This document shows, piece after piece, positions 12,945-25,235 of a stretch of 64,000 nucleotides of DNA. The DNA is from Podarcis melisellensis. Its lineage: Eukaryota. How positions within the stretch are numbered: the first letter of the stretch is position 1; each line of letters opens with the position of its first letter. The notes beneath the pieces were generated by a model. That model had not been told where the DNA came from. It worked only from the letters and a program-made list of their open reading frames with translations, and made no database searches. The position numbers and the translations under genes were made by a program. The stretch lies in assembly GCA_964234715.1 (NCBI GenBank), contig OZ174280.1, one strand, 5' to 3'.

Positions 12945-13306
12945 TAGGAATGGGGAACTTCAGCCCAAATGCAGCCCTTCACACCTTTCCATCTGGCCCT
13001 CAGGACTCTCCCCAGGACACAATCCACCACTACCACCTGTCACCAAGCCACTCACATCACTGGCCCTGCTCTGCACTCTCCTCAAGTATTCTGCATGGCT
13101 GGATAATACCTTGGCCTCTGATAATACCCCTTGCTTGCATTCATGGACAATAAATTGCTGTGTGAGAGTCTGGGTACAAATTAGCCTACTGCACTAATAC
13201 CCCACCCATTTTTGCATCTGGCCCTGCCAACCACTGGCCTGTGGCCCCTGGAAGGCTGCCCACAAGGGAATCCAGCCCTTTGGCTAACATAGGTTTCCCA
13301 GCTCTG
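12945..13306. mobile_element. hAT (Charlie-like) non-autonomous DNA transposon
   Basis: Perfect 8-bp TSD ATTTACAT (12937-12944, 13307-13314); imperfect TIRs TAGGAATGGGGAAC / GTTTCCCAGCTCTG; GGCCC subterminal motifs. Confidence 0.85.
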
Positions 13307-13548
13307 ATTTACATAGTCACAAGCCCAAAACTATGCACACATGTTTCCAATTACACATAAAATTCATGAAGTTTTGTGTGTTTCATCAAGCCCTACTTTA
13401 CAAAGCATCTTATGTTGTTAAATTATGTAGGCATGTGCACATTTCCTCAGAGAAAATTTAGAAACGCTTTTTTTTGCACATGACTTTAATGTTCATAGCT
13501 TCACATCTGACACATTTTAAGGAGTCTAAATGGCTGATCCAAGTGAAT

Positions 13549-13576
13549 TACTACTACTACTACTACTACTACTACT
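13549..13576. repeat. (TAC)n microsatellite
   Basis: Read directly. Confidence 0.95.
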
Positions 13577-13796
13577 GCCAATAATTAATGGTTTATCTAA
13601 TACTGGTGAAATGATAGGTATTCTGCTGAACCTAGAATGACATAAGCCCTGTTTAGGTGTTTGAAATTTTCAATCTTGAACGGAGCTGAGGTGCCTGAAA
13701 GAGGACTATCAGCGAAGGGTTAGCAGTCTACATTAGATGAATAAAACTAGAAGGGAAGGAGTGATCCTCTAAAATATGTAACACTAAAATATTAAA

Positions 13797-14225
13797 TAAA
13801 GGGGATTCAAAGGAAAAGCAGGAAATCACAGGCCAGTTAGATTACTGTCTGCGATGAGAAACTGGTGGGAAGTATTATTAAAGAATTACCAAGCATACAG
13901 AAGAACAAGTCTTGCTGAAGCAGAGCCAGCATGGCTTCTGCAAGGTTAAGTCATGTGTTCTTTGAGAGTGTCACCAAGCGATCCACCCTACAGTGTATGT
14001 AGACTTTCAAAAGAAAATTGGTAAGTCCCTCACCAAAGACAAAACTAAGCAATCTTGTCCTCTTTGGATCAATAACTGGTCAAGGAACATGAAACATAGG
14101 TCAGGATAGTTCTCCCAAAAATTGGTATTGGGACTTGTGCTTTTTAACTCATTCATAAATGATTGGAAGTTAGGAGTGAGCAGTGAGATTGCCAGGTTTG
14201 CTGAGGACACCCAGTTGTTCAGGGT
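13797..14225 (+). mobile_element. CR1 LINE ORF2 reverse-transcriptase fragment (decayed)
   Basis: VLGLVLFNSFINDWKLGVSSEIARFAEDTQLFR corresponds to the CR1 SVLGP.LFN.FINDL...KFADDTKL motif; upstream GNHRPV resembles GNYRPV. Confidence 0.85.
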
Positions 14226-14340
14226 ATCATCAGGCTTCTATATTGTTGTAAATTTGTGTGGATTTCTCATACATTCAGGCAGATACGAGCATATACACTT
14301 TGTTGGAAGTGACCACTGTCACATTTCTTTTAGACTGTAA

Positions 14341-14512
14341 GGTGTAATCTACACACATATTTAAAAGAAATGCTGTGAAAATGTGTTTTTTTAACGTTTT
14401 GAAAAATACATTGAATTTGGCGTAGCTCACTGTCGCCATCTAGTGTCACATTTGTATATTGCACTTTACAGCATATTTAAAACATTTTATTTGCAGCTGT
14501 ATAGCAGAGTCC
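14341..14512. mobile_element. PIF/Harbinger-like MITE carrying a CTCF motif
   Basis: TAA on both sides; imperfect TIRs GGTGTAATCTACAC / GTATAGCAGAGTCC. Confidence 0.55.
14431..14449 (-). promoter_or_regulatory. CTCF-binding motif
   Basis: TGTCGCCATCTAGTGTCAC; core CGCCATCTAGTG at 14434-14445 is the reverse complement of CACTAGATGGCG. Confidence 0.55.
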
Positions 14513-16067
14513 TAAGTGAAATGCTGGGAGTGACTTCTGCCTCTCAGCAAGCCACTGATGAGTAGAATTGTTACCATCATTTCTACCATTTCCACAATCT
14601 ATTTTCCTTATGGTAAAGATTTTAAAAATTAGCCTTTGCTGATTGCAGAACTTGGATGGACGTGCCTTATGCGAGCAGGGGAAAGATGTCAGGGTTTGTG
14701 CTCATAGATGGCAATGACAGAAGCCAGATAATAAGCACAGCTATTAGAAGACAGTTTGGCAACAGCCCAGGCTGAAGAACCTATAGAAGGGAAGAAATGT
14801 TCCTGAAATTAAATGAACATATCGGTCAGTCACAGTGATTTAATCAGAGCTAACAGCTGAATTGCACGATCCATTTGGGCATTTTCTAATACTTAATAGC
14901 AAGGCGTCAAAAAACAAAATCATCCTTCAAATGTTTGAAGGTGCCAGCTGGAGTCACGTCAAGAACTCAACTAGGAAACGAGCCTGAGCTACAGCTAGTG
15001 AACTGCATGCTGAATAGCTCTGAAACCTAAGCAACTTTGTTCCATGTTGACCTTGTATCACCATTGTGCTGCTCCTTAAGCAGCCAATGTGGGCCAGAAA
15101 TCTCTGAAACCAGCTCCTATGTTAAACGTTTGTCAGTCATGCATGAACAGAAATCACATCCTATGCAGGCCATAGAACTTCAAGTTCATTCACTTCAACA
15201 CAAGGTAGAGTATCATGTGTCCTACTTTACTTTAAGGACTGTAAGAGGTCAGTCCATCAGTTGAAGGCCTTCACTACTTTAAGAGCTGATTGGTCCAAGT
15301 CTAATGTCAAGATAAATAACCAGAAAAAGGAAGAGCAGGAGCCTAGAATTCACCCATAATCAGTAAACAGTTGGACTGGCTCACAGCTTCCCTGGTCACA
15401 GTCTTCCCACTACAGTTAGATGCATTGCATTTCTATTTAACTTCTAAAGATTATTTCTAGATCTGCATCTATACTAGTGCTGTTCCACTATTTTAAACTG
15501 GTGTTTTCTTGACCATCCTTGGGGTCAGGGACAGATCTACTGTGAAAGCAATGAATCTTAAGCTTCAGCGCCCTTAATCCCAGAGGAGACCCAGCAGTGC
15601 TTAAAAATAATAGGTCTAGTACACCCAATTTAAGTGGCACAACTCAAAATGATTAAAAAAAATTGTATATATTTCAACAATCCCAAAGATTGAGTCAGTT
15701 GCACAGATGCTGAAACAACCCCATCTAAGAAGATAACAGTGGTTACCCAAACCTCATTGCTGGTTGTGAAGGGGACCCCATAAAAGTTCAGACTTCAGGG
15801 CCCTAAAAATATTGGTCCATCACTGTTTGAGGGGGGTGGGGGAAATGAAACCACCCACAAAAAGGAGGCCAGTATGGGTTTTCTTTGGGAAAGGTGAATC
15901 TATCAATTTTGGTTTCTCTCGTTTTATCAGAGACACTGTCAGTGTCCAAAGGTCATTTGCCACTTGAGTGCAATTAATATACATACATGTCATGCAACTA
16001 TAAACAGACAAGCCATTCCATAAAGGAGAGGATGTAGTGAGCCCATGTTACAGAAAAATGATGCTTG

Positions 16068-16341
16068 GACCCTACAGCTCAGTAGTAGATCACATGTTTT
16101 GAATGCAAAAGGTTTTCATGTCCAATCTCAGTTATCTCCATTTAAATTGATTAGGTAGTGATACAGATCTGAACCCCATGTTTGCTACTGAAGAAGGTCT
16201 ATAGCTCATCCCCTACATCTCTAGGTAGAGCTCGGAATCCCTGTTTTGAAACCCTTGGTACCTACCACCAGTTGGAGTAGCCAATATTTTGGTGAAAGGA
16301 ACAATGGCCTAACTTGATATGAGGCAGTTTCCTATATTCCT
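16068..16341 (+). mobile_element. Old tRNA-derived SINE (decayed, possibly two nested pieces)
   Basis: CAGCTCAGTAGTAGATCAC A-box-like head; GCAGTTTCCTATATTCCTA tail shared with 22796-23003 and 38452-38624. Confidence 0.5.
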
Positions 16342-16397
16342 AAAGCTAGACAGTTTTCCTGTCAGATTATGGCATGTTCTTTTGCTTTTACAAAATA

Positions 16398-16639
16398 CAG
16401 TGGTATCTCTGGTTATGAACTTAATTTGTTCCGGAGGTCTGTTGTTAACCTGAAACCATTCTTAACCTGAGGTACCACTTTAGCTAATGGGGCTTCCCGC
16501 TGCCTCTGCACCGCTGCCACACGATTTCTGTTCTCATCCTGAGGTAAAGTTCTTAACCCGAGGTACTACTTCCGGGTTAGCGGAGTCTGTAACCTGAAGC
16601 GTTTGTAACCCAAAGCATTTGTAACCCAAGGTACCACTG
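16398..16639 (+). mobile_element. 242-bp Tc1/mariner MITE, copy 2
   Basis: CAGTGGTATCTC...AGGTACCACTG, TA on both sides, colinear with copy 1. Confidence 0.92.
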
Positions 16640-17321
16640 TAATACCAGCGACTTATTATATCTCTTATTGTGCGGTGTCACCGTGTGTTGATTTGCAGTC
16701 ACAAGTCACAGCATTTGTAACATGTGTGTGTCCATGCATTTCACATCACTGGTGAAACCATCACTCCCACATAGTGCCATCCACTATGGCAGTTCACGTA
16801 CAAATCAACAACAGACGTTTCCTGGATTAGAAGGAGCAACTACATGATCCAATTCAATCAGTGTTGTCCTCATCTGTGGCCAATTCCAAACCATCTCTAC
16901 TTTGCATGGAGATTTTTACAAGCCCCCCCCCCCCCAGCAGGCTGGCATTTTTGTTGTTACAGTAAAATAGCTGGCAATTACTGCAATCTTAATCAGGCAT
17001 TTTATGATCCTCCATCAAGTTGTATCAAATGAAATATTCTCCCTCCTTGTTTTTCTGGATGTTGCAGCTGCTGATCTTCCTCTTCAGAGAGTAATATGAT
17101 CACCAGTAGCCTCTGGAAGAGACAGCAAAGGAAGTGGGGTGAACTCTTTGAAAGCCAAGCCCATTGAAAATTCAGAAATAATGGGAACTAGAGACTCGCA
17201 AGAAAGACAAGCAAGGGAGGCAAATCAGAAATGCAGCACTTGGCTTGCATTAAGGTCGACTCTCTGACAAATGTCTTGCTCTTTGTGTCTCAGCAAAGAC
17301 TAGGCTTTGGGGATGATTCCT

Positions 17322-17510
17322 TTATGAATATACTGCCTCTGGTACTAGAGGTAATATTGCACCATTGATAGCCTTTTCTTCTATGCATTTGTCTAATCCT
17401 CCTTTTAAGCAAGCCAGATTGGTGGCTGTATCTTGCAGTAGCAAACTCCATAATTTAACAATGCGCTGTGTGAAAAAGCTCTTCCTTTTGTCTGTTCTTG
17501 AACTCATAGG
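17322..17510 (-). mobile_element. CR1 LINE ORF2 C-terminus / 3' UTR fragment
   Basis: Minus-strand RTDKRKSFFTQRIVKLWSLL...LKGGLDKCIEEKAING is the typical CR1 ORF2 end. Confidence 0.85.
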
Positions 17511-17715
17511 ATTGGATTAGATTTTGTCTGGAGAGAGCGATTGAGTGTGAGAGGGGGAACTTAACCAATGCTGTAGTCCATATATTTAAAAAACAGCTCA
17601 AAAGGCAAGCCAAAAGCCTAGCATTCCAACTTTCATTGCATGAAGAGCCTTGTAAACATAGAGACTCTAGTAAAATTAAACACCTGCCTGGGATGGTTGC
17701 ACACTGAACAAGCTG

Positions 17716-17790
17716 GGAAGGAAGGAAGGAAGGAAGGAAGGAAGGAAGGAAGGAAGGAAGGAAGGAAGGAAGGAAGGAAGGAAGGAAGGA
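17716..17790. repeat. (GGAA)n microsatellite
   Basis: Read directly. Confidence 0.98.
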
Positions 17791-18151
17791 TGTTTGCCAA
17801 GGGGTCTCTGCAGCATGAGTTTAAAATGAAAGGAAACACCAAACAGGTCTCTCTGTAAGAAGTATGGGAGCTTTCTCTAAGAAACATTTAATAAAGCAAC
17901 ATTTGAAAAAAATCAATGGATTGAATAAAATTCTCAGTCCTTTCTCTCATCTTGCCAATGCCTCTGAAGAAGAAAAGGTCCCAAGGTACCATGTAGCTCT
18001 CCAAAACAGAATAATACTAACTTTGAAAATAAATAATTAGATTCCCTTCCCCTTATTTCTTTTTATTATTTTTTAGTGACCGTAAGAATATTTTATTTTG
18101 ATCTGTTCACATCATCCCAGTATTTTCTGCAGATAACCTGTAAAATCTATT

Positions 18152-18262
18152 GGATTATGTCCAAGGAAGTCCTACTCAGAGTAGACCCATTGAAATTAAT
18201 GAACTCCTATGTTAGTAATTTCTATGGATGTACTCTGAGTAGGCCTAGCATTCGATAGAACC
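18152..18262. mobile_element. Short palindromic MITE-like repeat
   Basis: CCTACTCAGAGTAGACCCATTGAAATTA (18171-18198) pairs with TAATTTCTATGGATGTACTCTGAGTAGG (18216-18243); a split relative flanks the RTE element at 31.5-32.4 kb. Confidence 0.65.
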
Positions 18263-18874
18263 TCTAATTTCCTTTAGTGTGTGAGAAAAGCACATGATTT
18301 GCATCAATGGCTAATCCTCACATTCGCTTATCCCTCCTAGAAAGAATGGGTCTGAAAGGCTTTCACTTGTCATTTGCTTTGCAGGCATGGATCTGAGCAG
18401 TTTTCTCTTTGCCTCACGGCTTTCCCCATGATAACCCACTCTTTGCCACTGAATCAAAATAAATGTTAATCTGTGGGAATTGCCATTTGTCTCAACCCAG
18501 TGGTAAAGAGTGGATTTCCCTGGGGAAAGAGGAAGTATGGACAAGCCCTAAGACCCAGCTTTGAGTCCTGGCATCTCTGGCTAAAAGGATCATGTGGTGG
18601 AAATAGATCTCTGTCTGAGATCCTGGAGAGTTGTTGCCAGACAAAATAGACAATGCTAGTAGGTTGAATAGTCCAACCTGATCAGCTTCCTATGGTTCAT
18701 AAGATGGATCACAAATATTGCCCCCATATTGCAAATGTGTACGGGGGGTGGGGTGGGGTGGGGAGCTTGCCAAAGGCCATTTACGATGTCCAGGAGAGAG
18801 ATTAATTTCAAACTGAGGACAGATCAGTCTCTTAACTGCTGCTGCTGCAGCAGCTCTCTCTTTTTCAGAAGGCA

Positions 18875-19105
18875 GTTTCCCCAATATAGGATGCCTTTTT
18901 GAATGTATCTACTCATGAAAATATGCATCATTATGCACACTTTCCTCAAAAACACACACATACACTTTTGCATGCATTTTTTTGTTGGAGAACTGCCTCA
19001 CAAAATTTGGAGAAATGTGAATTTTGAAGAATAGCTGTGTTTCAGTTCATGTGTGAATTCGATAGGCTTGCATGCAAACCAAATCAAATATCTTCCTATG
19101 CCCTA
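18875..19105 (+). mobile_element. Partial copy of the AT-rich hAT element family (cf. 27535-27968)
   Basis: Shared GAGAACTG...GTGAATTTTGAAG...TCAAAT...CCCTA right half. Confidence 0.6.
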
Positions 19106-19864
19106 CACTGTGCCCACAGCCACCAAACTTTGTTGTCTCACATGTTCTAGAGAGTTTAATAATGTCATTAAATACAGGAGGCGATCATTGGTTTAAATTA
19201 AGCTTTGTGTACAAGGATGGATCTCACACAGCAAATTAGCTGTGACAAACTCTGAGACCCACTCGCAAGCCTCGGTCCTGAGTACATCCATCCTGCCTTC
19301 TCCTCCTGCCAGCGCTCTTATACCTTGACACATTTAAGTGCAGCTCATTTTGATGCAGCCAATCCCGGCCTTGCAGCTTGTCCCACAGGGATGCTGTTCT
19401 TGAATCGAGCACAAGAGTTGCTTGTTAATTAGCGCTCCTTTGCCGAAGAGCACTTGCTCAAGTGCTCCAATAACATACAGTGCCTGCCTCTTAACTACCT
19501 GCGAGTAATCACAGAGTCACTAATAAAAGAGAGAGAGGGAGGGCAAGCAAAGAACAAGCCCCTTGCTGCATTGTTAGCAATAATTTTCTTGGTTGTTAAC
19601 CTGCTCCGACATGTTAATTTTTCACTTGCAGCAGCAACACTAGCTAGAGAGAAAGAGTGTTCTGTGTTTGTTTGTTTGGGGGGGGGGGGGTTATATCCAT
19701 AGAAGTATAAACTACCACAAAATGTTGCAGCGTATATTCTGTTCTAATAGGAGTGCTCATTGTGCAGGGTTCTGGCCAACCATTCCTTCTCCGTGCCTCC
19801 AGTTTTCCATTTTTCTTTCCCAAGTGATACTCAACATTTCATGGCTACTGAACCTGCTCAATCT

Positions 19865-20553
19865 TAGGGCTGGGAGAAACTGGTTTCTCTGAGTTTCTCG
19901 TTTTACAAACTTAAGTTCAGTCCTCTGCACTTCCATGTATGTTTGCGAATTTGTAAAAGGGCTAAAATCTGCATGAAAATTCAACAGCATTTTAGTGCAA
20001 ATGCCTCCTAATGTATACAGTGGTACCTCGCTTTACATACGCTTCAGGTTACATGTGCTTCAGGTTATATACGCTTCAGGTTACAGACGCCGCTAACCCA
20101 GAAATATTACCTCAGGCTAAGAACTTTGCTTCAGGATGAGAACAGAAATCATGCTTTGGCAGTGCGGTGGCAGCAGGAGGCCCCATTAGCTAAAGTGGTG
20201 CTTCAGGTTAAGAACAGTTTCAGGTTAAGAACAGACCTCCGGAAGAAATTTAGTTCTTAACCTGAGGTACCACTGTACACATTTTAACTAATATACACAT
20301 TTTTGCAAAACAATTTCCCCGAAGATAATGCATGTTTGTACTGTATTTTCACTAACAAATGCATTTCTATGGGCACTTTACCCCAATTTATATATTTTTG
20401 AGCCTATAACTTGGCAGGGGAATGGCATTTGCAAAATTCAGAGTACCGTGAATTTCAAATGATGTATTTCACATCACATATTGTTTTAGAAAGTGTAGAT
20501 TAGGTTGATTCACCTTTAAATGTGAAGTGAATCAAATTTCTCCCCAATCCCTA
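19865..20553 (+). mobile_element. AT-rich hAT element interrupted by a Tc1/mariner MITE
   Basis: TAGGGCTGGGAGAA...TCTCCCCAATCCCTA termini; colinear with 27535-27968 once 20018-20275 is removed. Confidence 0.8.
20018..20275 (-). mobile_element. Tc1/mariner MITE, copy 3 (258 bp, one extra 16-bp unit)
   Basis: Same TIRs and TA flanks; three GCTTCAGGTTA units where other copies have two. Confidence 0.92.
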
Positions 20554-21307
20554 GCCCACATAAACCTGTTTCGGGATGGGGGTTCCCATCTTAATAGGGT
20601 GTTGTTATTATTCTGAAAACCACAGGAATCTCTCCCAGGCACTTCAGTCTTTTGCTCCCCATTCTCAGTGGCTCATTTTGACTTGATTTCTGTCCCCACT
20701 CCCCTATGAAGTCTTTATTAGAAATAAGACGACAGGCATGCCTGTCAAACTGCTGGCAATACTGAGGAAATCTCCACTCAAACCTCACCTTGCCACGGAA
20801 TGTCTGTCTGGATTTGTTTGTTGAGGCACTTAGCTCCTGCTTTGATTTCAGAAACAGCAGCATCGCCTACTTGCTGTTTGCTTATATACAGCAGCAGCCG
20901 CCCAGTAATATTTCATGTTATCACCAAGGTTGTAGGTGAGAATATCTGCAGAAGTGGAGGGAAAAGGTGGTGCAAAGTCAAGACAAATCAGTTTTGAAAA
21001 TTCAGTATTATGTTATAGCGGATCAGCATCGCGCTGGACGGGATATGAAACACTGAATGAGAATACTGGCCTTTGTTCCAAGCAGCAGATAAACTAAGCA
21101 GCAAACAAAATGTTACACACAAAATGGGTGTAATGATGTCCCGAGGGACATCTTTGTGCAGCAAACCAGCTTCAGGAAGCTAGGGGGGGAGTTGCTGTTA
21201 AGTTCTGCTAAGATGTGTACGCAAGACCCTTTCTTTGTTCACCATTCTTACAACTCCAGATTTGAGCATGCTTCTTTCCACCTTTGCATGGCTTTTACAA
21301 CTGCAAA

Positions 21308-21465
21308 CATAGGTGCCAGCTCTCTGGGGCCCTGGGTGCCCAAGCACCCACAAAATCCCCCATGAAGGGACTGGGCACCCACAAATTTTGGTGCCAGGGG
21401 CACGCACACTGCATAGCACCCACGTCCCCAGGCACCCACAGTCGTGGGGCCAAGCTGACACTCCC
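21308..21465. mobile_element. GC-rich MITE-like element with GCACCCAC repeats
   Basis: CATAGGTGCCAGCT...AGCTGACACTC imperfect termini; four GCACCCAC motifs. Confidence 0.5.
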
Positions 21466-21711
21466 GACTGCAGGTGTGGAAAACATCTGGGGAGAAAATT
21501 TGAGGCATAAGAATAGTGTGTGCAGAAAGGGTTAAGCACACTCCCCTTGCTTCTTCTCCACTTAAAACAACAACTGTACAGCCTCCTGATTCTGACTTCT
21601 AAGAAAACAAAACATCTATTGGGACATTGTTATACAGTATACGCATTTGCCTTTAAGCATATAGCTTGCCCATAAATATTACATCCAAACAGAGTTTGCA
21701 ACCATCAGAAT

Positions 21712-21840
21712 TATTTATTCATTCATTTCAAAGCGGTTTACAATCTACATTAAAACATAAAACAATCCATAATAAAACATTACAGTCAAATATGAAGTAT
21801 ACATTCAAAGCAACCTAATTAACAGGAACCTAAAATAGTA
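21712..21840 (-). mobile_element. LINE (L2-like) 3' tail fragment; homologous to 57481-58070
   Basis: AAGTATACATTCAAAGCAAC(C/A)TAATTAACAGGAA is shared by both copies; TTATTTATTCATT tail. Confidence 0.6.
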
Positions 21841-22795
21841 TCTTAAAGATTTCAGAATAAAGTATTACACAGAAGGTCAACTGCATTATGCACATTTAAG
21901 AAAACATTATGAAAGGGAGCCAAACATAAAATGCACATTTAAAATGGGATAATTAGCATGAGAATAAAATATTATCATAAGCATAGAACACATATGATTG
22001 CTATTTCTGCCAATGGTGGTTCATGGCAGGTGGCAGCTCAGGCTCAATGACCTGGGTCTGCACTAAGAGACAACCAAGATGCTCTCTGGTCTCTTTAAGA
22101 GCCTCAGCTTTTGTAGCTGGGGTCAATCAGGGTCCCACCCTCCCAGGCGAGGTGGGAAAGGCCTGCAAGGCAGGGAGCAACTCTTCCAGGACTCACAGTC
22201 CAGCTGGTCAGAATTAGAGCTGCTTCAGAACTTCCTGTCTCCACCACCCAGACATTAGGATACTACATTCTCTGTTGATCTACATGGCTGTTAGAGAAAA
22301 AAGCAGGAATGCCACAGGTAAGGCAGTCATCCAGGTAAACGTGTGGTGGTGTCAGAAGTGTGAGATATCATATGAAGGTTGGTGGGGATGAGTGCCCTAG
22401 CTCTGCACCTTCTGTCATGCTATAAGGCCCATCCTTGCCTCCCTTCCTGTGTTTGAGGAAAGGCATCGGCAGTGGGATGCTGTACTCACATGCTGTACTC
22501 ACATAGGCTTTCCTTACCATTTTAAACCCTGATCCTACAGAGTTCTAGATCATGCACTCATACAGGGAGCCTACATGAGTGCAGCAGACTCCCCACTACA
22601 GTCATGTACAGGGAAGCAACAGAAGAGAAATAACAACGGAAGAGAAATAGCTAGTGCCCTTAGCCACACCCATCCCCTCGTTGCATGCAGGGTAGAACAC
22701 TTGGAGGGTTTTCAAGAGTGAAGTAGTTCTCTGAAAGAGCAGGTGGTGTAGGTTATTCACACCACTGCTTGTGCAATATGGTTCTTTGGAGAAGA

Positions 22796-23003
22796 GGCCA
22801 TAGCTCAGTAACAAAGCACATTCATTCTATGCATAAGGTCCCAGGTTCAATTCCTGACATCTGTAGTTAAAACGATCCGACAGAAGTTGATGGGCAACTG
22901 CTGTCAGGCAGAGACCCTGGAGAGCTGCTGACTGTCAGAGTCAACATTAATGGGTGAGATGGACTGACAGTCTGTCATGCTAGAAGGCAATTTCCTATGT
23001 TCT
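22796..23003 (+). mobile_element. Old tRNA-derived SINE
   Basis: GGCCATAGCTCAG A-box, GGTTCAATTCC B-box, TTCCTATGTTCT tail. Confidence 0.7.
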
Positions 23004-23322
23004 TGTGCTGATCGGGGAAATAGTTGTATGTGCATTGTATTTACTGTAAACCATCTGGGGGCATGGTTTCATATCCTAATAACTAGTGTTGTACCAAAGT
23101 TCTGGAAAGTTTGATTTTAAAATAAAAAAGTGGGCAAAATATCCCTTAGTAGTGTTCTAGCTGGAGGTACAACTAGGTTTTTGTGCCTGGGTGCTCCAAC
23201 TCTAGGAATTTAGTGTGGAATTGCCATGCTTTCTTCAAGGAACCTTTTGTAGAACATCCACATGATTCTATCATCCAGTCATCATCCAGTATTTTCCCTG
23301 TGCTACTTCTACCTTTCTTATA

Positions 23323-23564
23323 CAGTGGTACCTCGGGTTACATACGCTTCAGGTTACATATGCTTCAGGTTACAGACTCTACTAACCCAGAAATAGTACC
23401 TTGAGTTAAGAACTTTGCTTCAGCATGAGAACAGAAATTGTGCAGCGACGGTGTGGCAGCAGCAGGAGGCCCCATTAGCTAAAGTGGTGCTTCAGGTTAT
23501 GAACAGTTTCAGGTTAAGAACGGACCTCCAGAACAAATTAAGTACTTAACCCGAGGTACCACTG
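23323..23564 (-). mobile_element. 242-bp Tc1/mariner MITE, copy 4
   Basis: CAGTGGTACCTCGGGTTA...TAACCCGAGGTACCACTG perfect 18-bp TIR; flanks TA / AA. Confidence 0.92.
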
Positions 23565-25083
23565 AACCAAAGAAAGTCTGAAAAACAGTAGAGTTATCTC
23601 TGCAGGTATAGATGCCCATAGCACTACCATATTTTTAAAGGGATGAGGTTTTGATGAGGGTAGTGACATATCAGGAATGTAAATCTCGCAGTTCAGCACA
23701 CATTCATTATAACAGTTTTGGTGGATAGCATTCTATGATTCTTAAAAATAATAATCAATTTTTCATTGTTATTGAAACATTTTTTTCTGGCTCTAATTGT
23801 ACAGAGTACTACAGCACCGTAACTCTAGTGTGGCATAGTGTTATAGCACTGTAACACAATAGTAATATGATAACACTATGCTTTCATTTCATTGAACAAA
23901 ACAACCAGAAAGTGTTTTAGTGATAATTAAGCCCTGATATACTGCTTCTTCGGTGACATTTTTAGGCCTTCTTCCCTCTTTGTTTTGTTATCCCAGCCTA
24001 TCAGGGAATTACGTGGTGAACACGATTACATTATGCCACTACATATTGATCAGTTTTAGCTACGTGATTAACTCATCAAGAGTAAACAAAGCCCCCAGAC
24101 TGCCTTCACTTTGAATAGTGATGAAGGGAATGTGAATCTGTTGTCCAGGCAACACAACGAGACTTTTTAGTACAACAATTCAACTCTAGCGATGCATCTG
24201 TGTATGACCTGTTGGGACATGATGTGTATGGAAATGTATATTCTTATTCACAATAAGTGACTGGATGGGGGAAGACAACATCAGCCAGCTGCCACCCTTC
24301 TCCCCAGCACCTGCCCCCTTTGTAAAGTTCTGGACCCTTTTGCAAAGAAGTGCAATTAATCACCTCCAAGGGGGTGCATTTCGCAGGGAAGCAAAAATGT
24401 TCATGAAACATGTTCCCTCTTCCAGCTCAGCACTACTGATAGCACACTGATTGATTCACACTGCTGACTTCCTCCGTGGGCTTGCAAAGAAACGTACGTG
24501 TGTGATGGTGGTGTAAAAGACTGCCTAAATTTCAGCTGCTACAGTAAATAATATCCCTGTGCTGCAAACACAACCATGTGGGGTGTGAACCTGTGCAACA
24601 CCTGAAAATGCATCCAAGATGAATTTTGCCATTTGTTTTCTGAGCAGCTGAATTGTGTGTATCATATGAGATAGCTCTGTGAAAACTGCTGGTGCTGCTG
24701 CTTTAACAGCCTTTACTGTCAGAATTTGCATTCTGAAGCAAAATAAATAATAGCAATGCTAAAGAGGAAATGGGAGTGTTTTGTTTGTTGGATTTTCTAA
24801 ATTTCTGAAGCACCTCTAAACCTGTAGTAAAAGTAAAGCTATTCAGTAAAAGGGCAGTGGGAATACTGTACAAGATTAGGTTTGTGTGGTACAATGTTAA
24901 AATCTGATGCTCCACTGGGCTGCAGATATTTCTTCCCAGTTTGGAATTTTCATTCCTCTTAGCCTTTGACTTGTGGAGTCCAAGAACTTGCCTGCAACAA
25001 AGTTGTTCCAACAAACCTGTTTTCCAAATATATATATTCTCTTGCATTGCAGAGGAATTTGGCTAGATGAGTCTTTGGGTCCC

Positions 25084-25235
25084 NNNNNNNNNNNNNNNNN
25101 NNNNNNNNNNNNNNNNNNNNNNNNNNNNNNNNNNNNNNNNNNNNNNNNNNNNNNNNNNNNNNNNNNNNNNNNNNNNNNNNNNNNNNNNNNNNNNNNNNNN
25201 NNNNNNNNNNNNNNNNNNNNNNNNNNNNNNNNNNN
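25084..25235. other. Assembly gap (152 N)
   Basis: Run of N. Confidence 1.
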
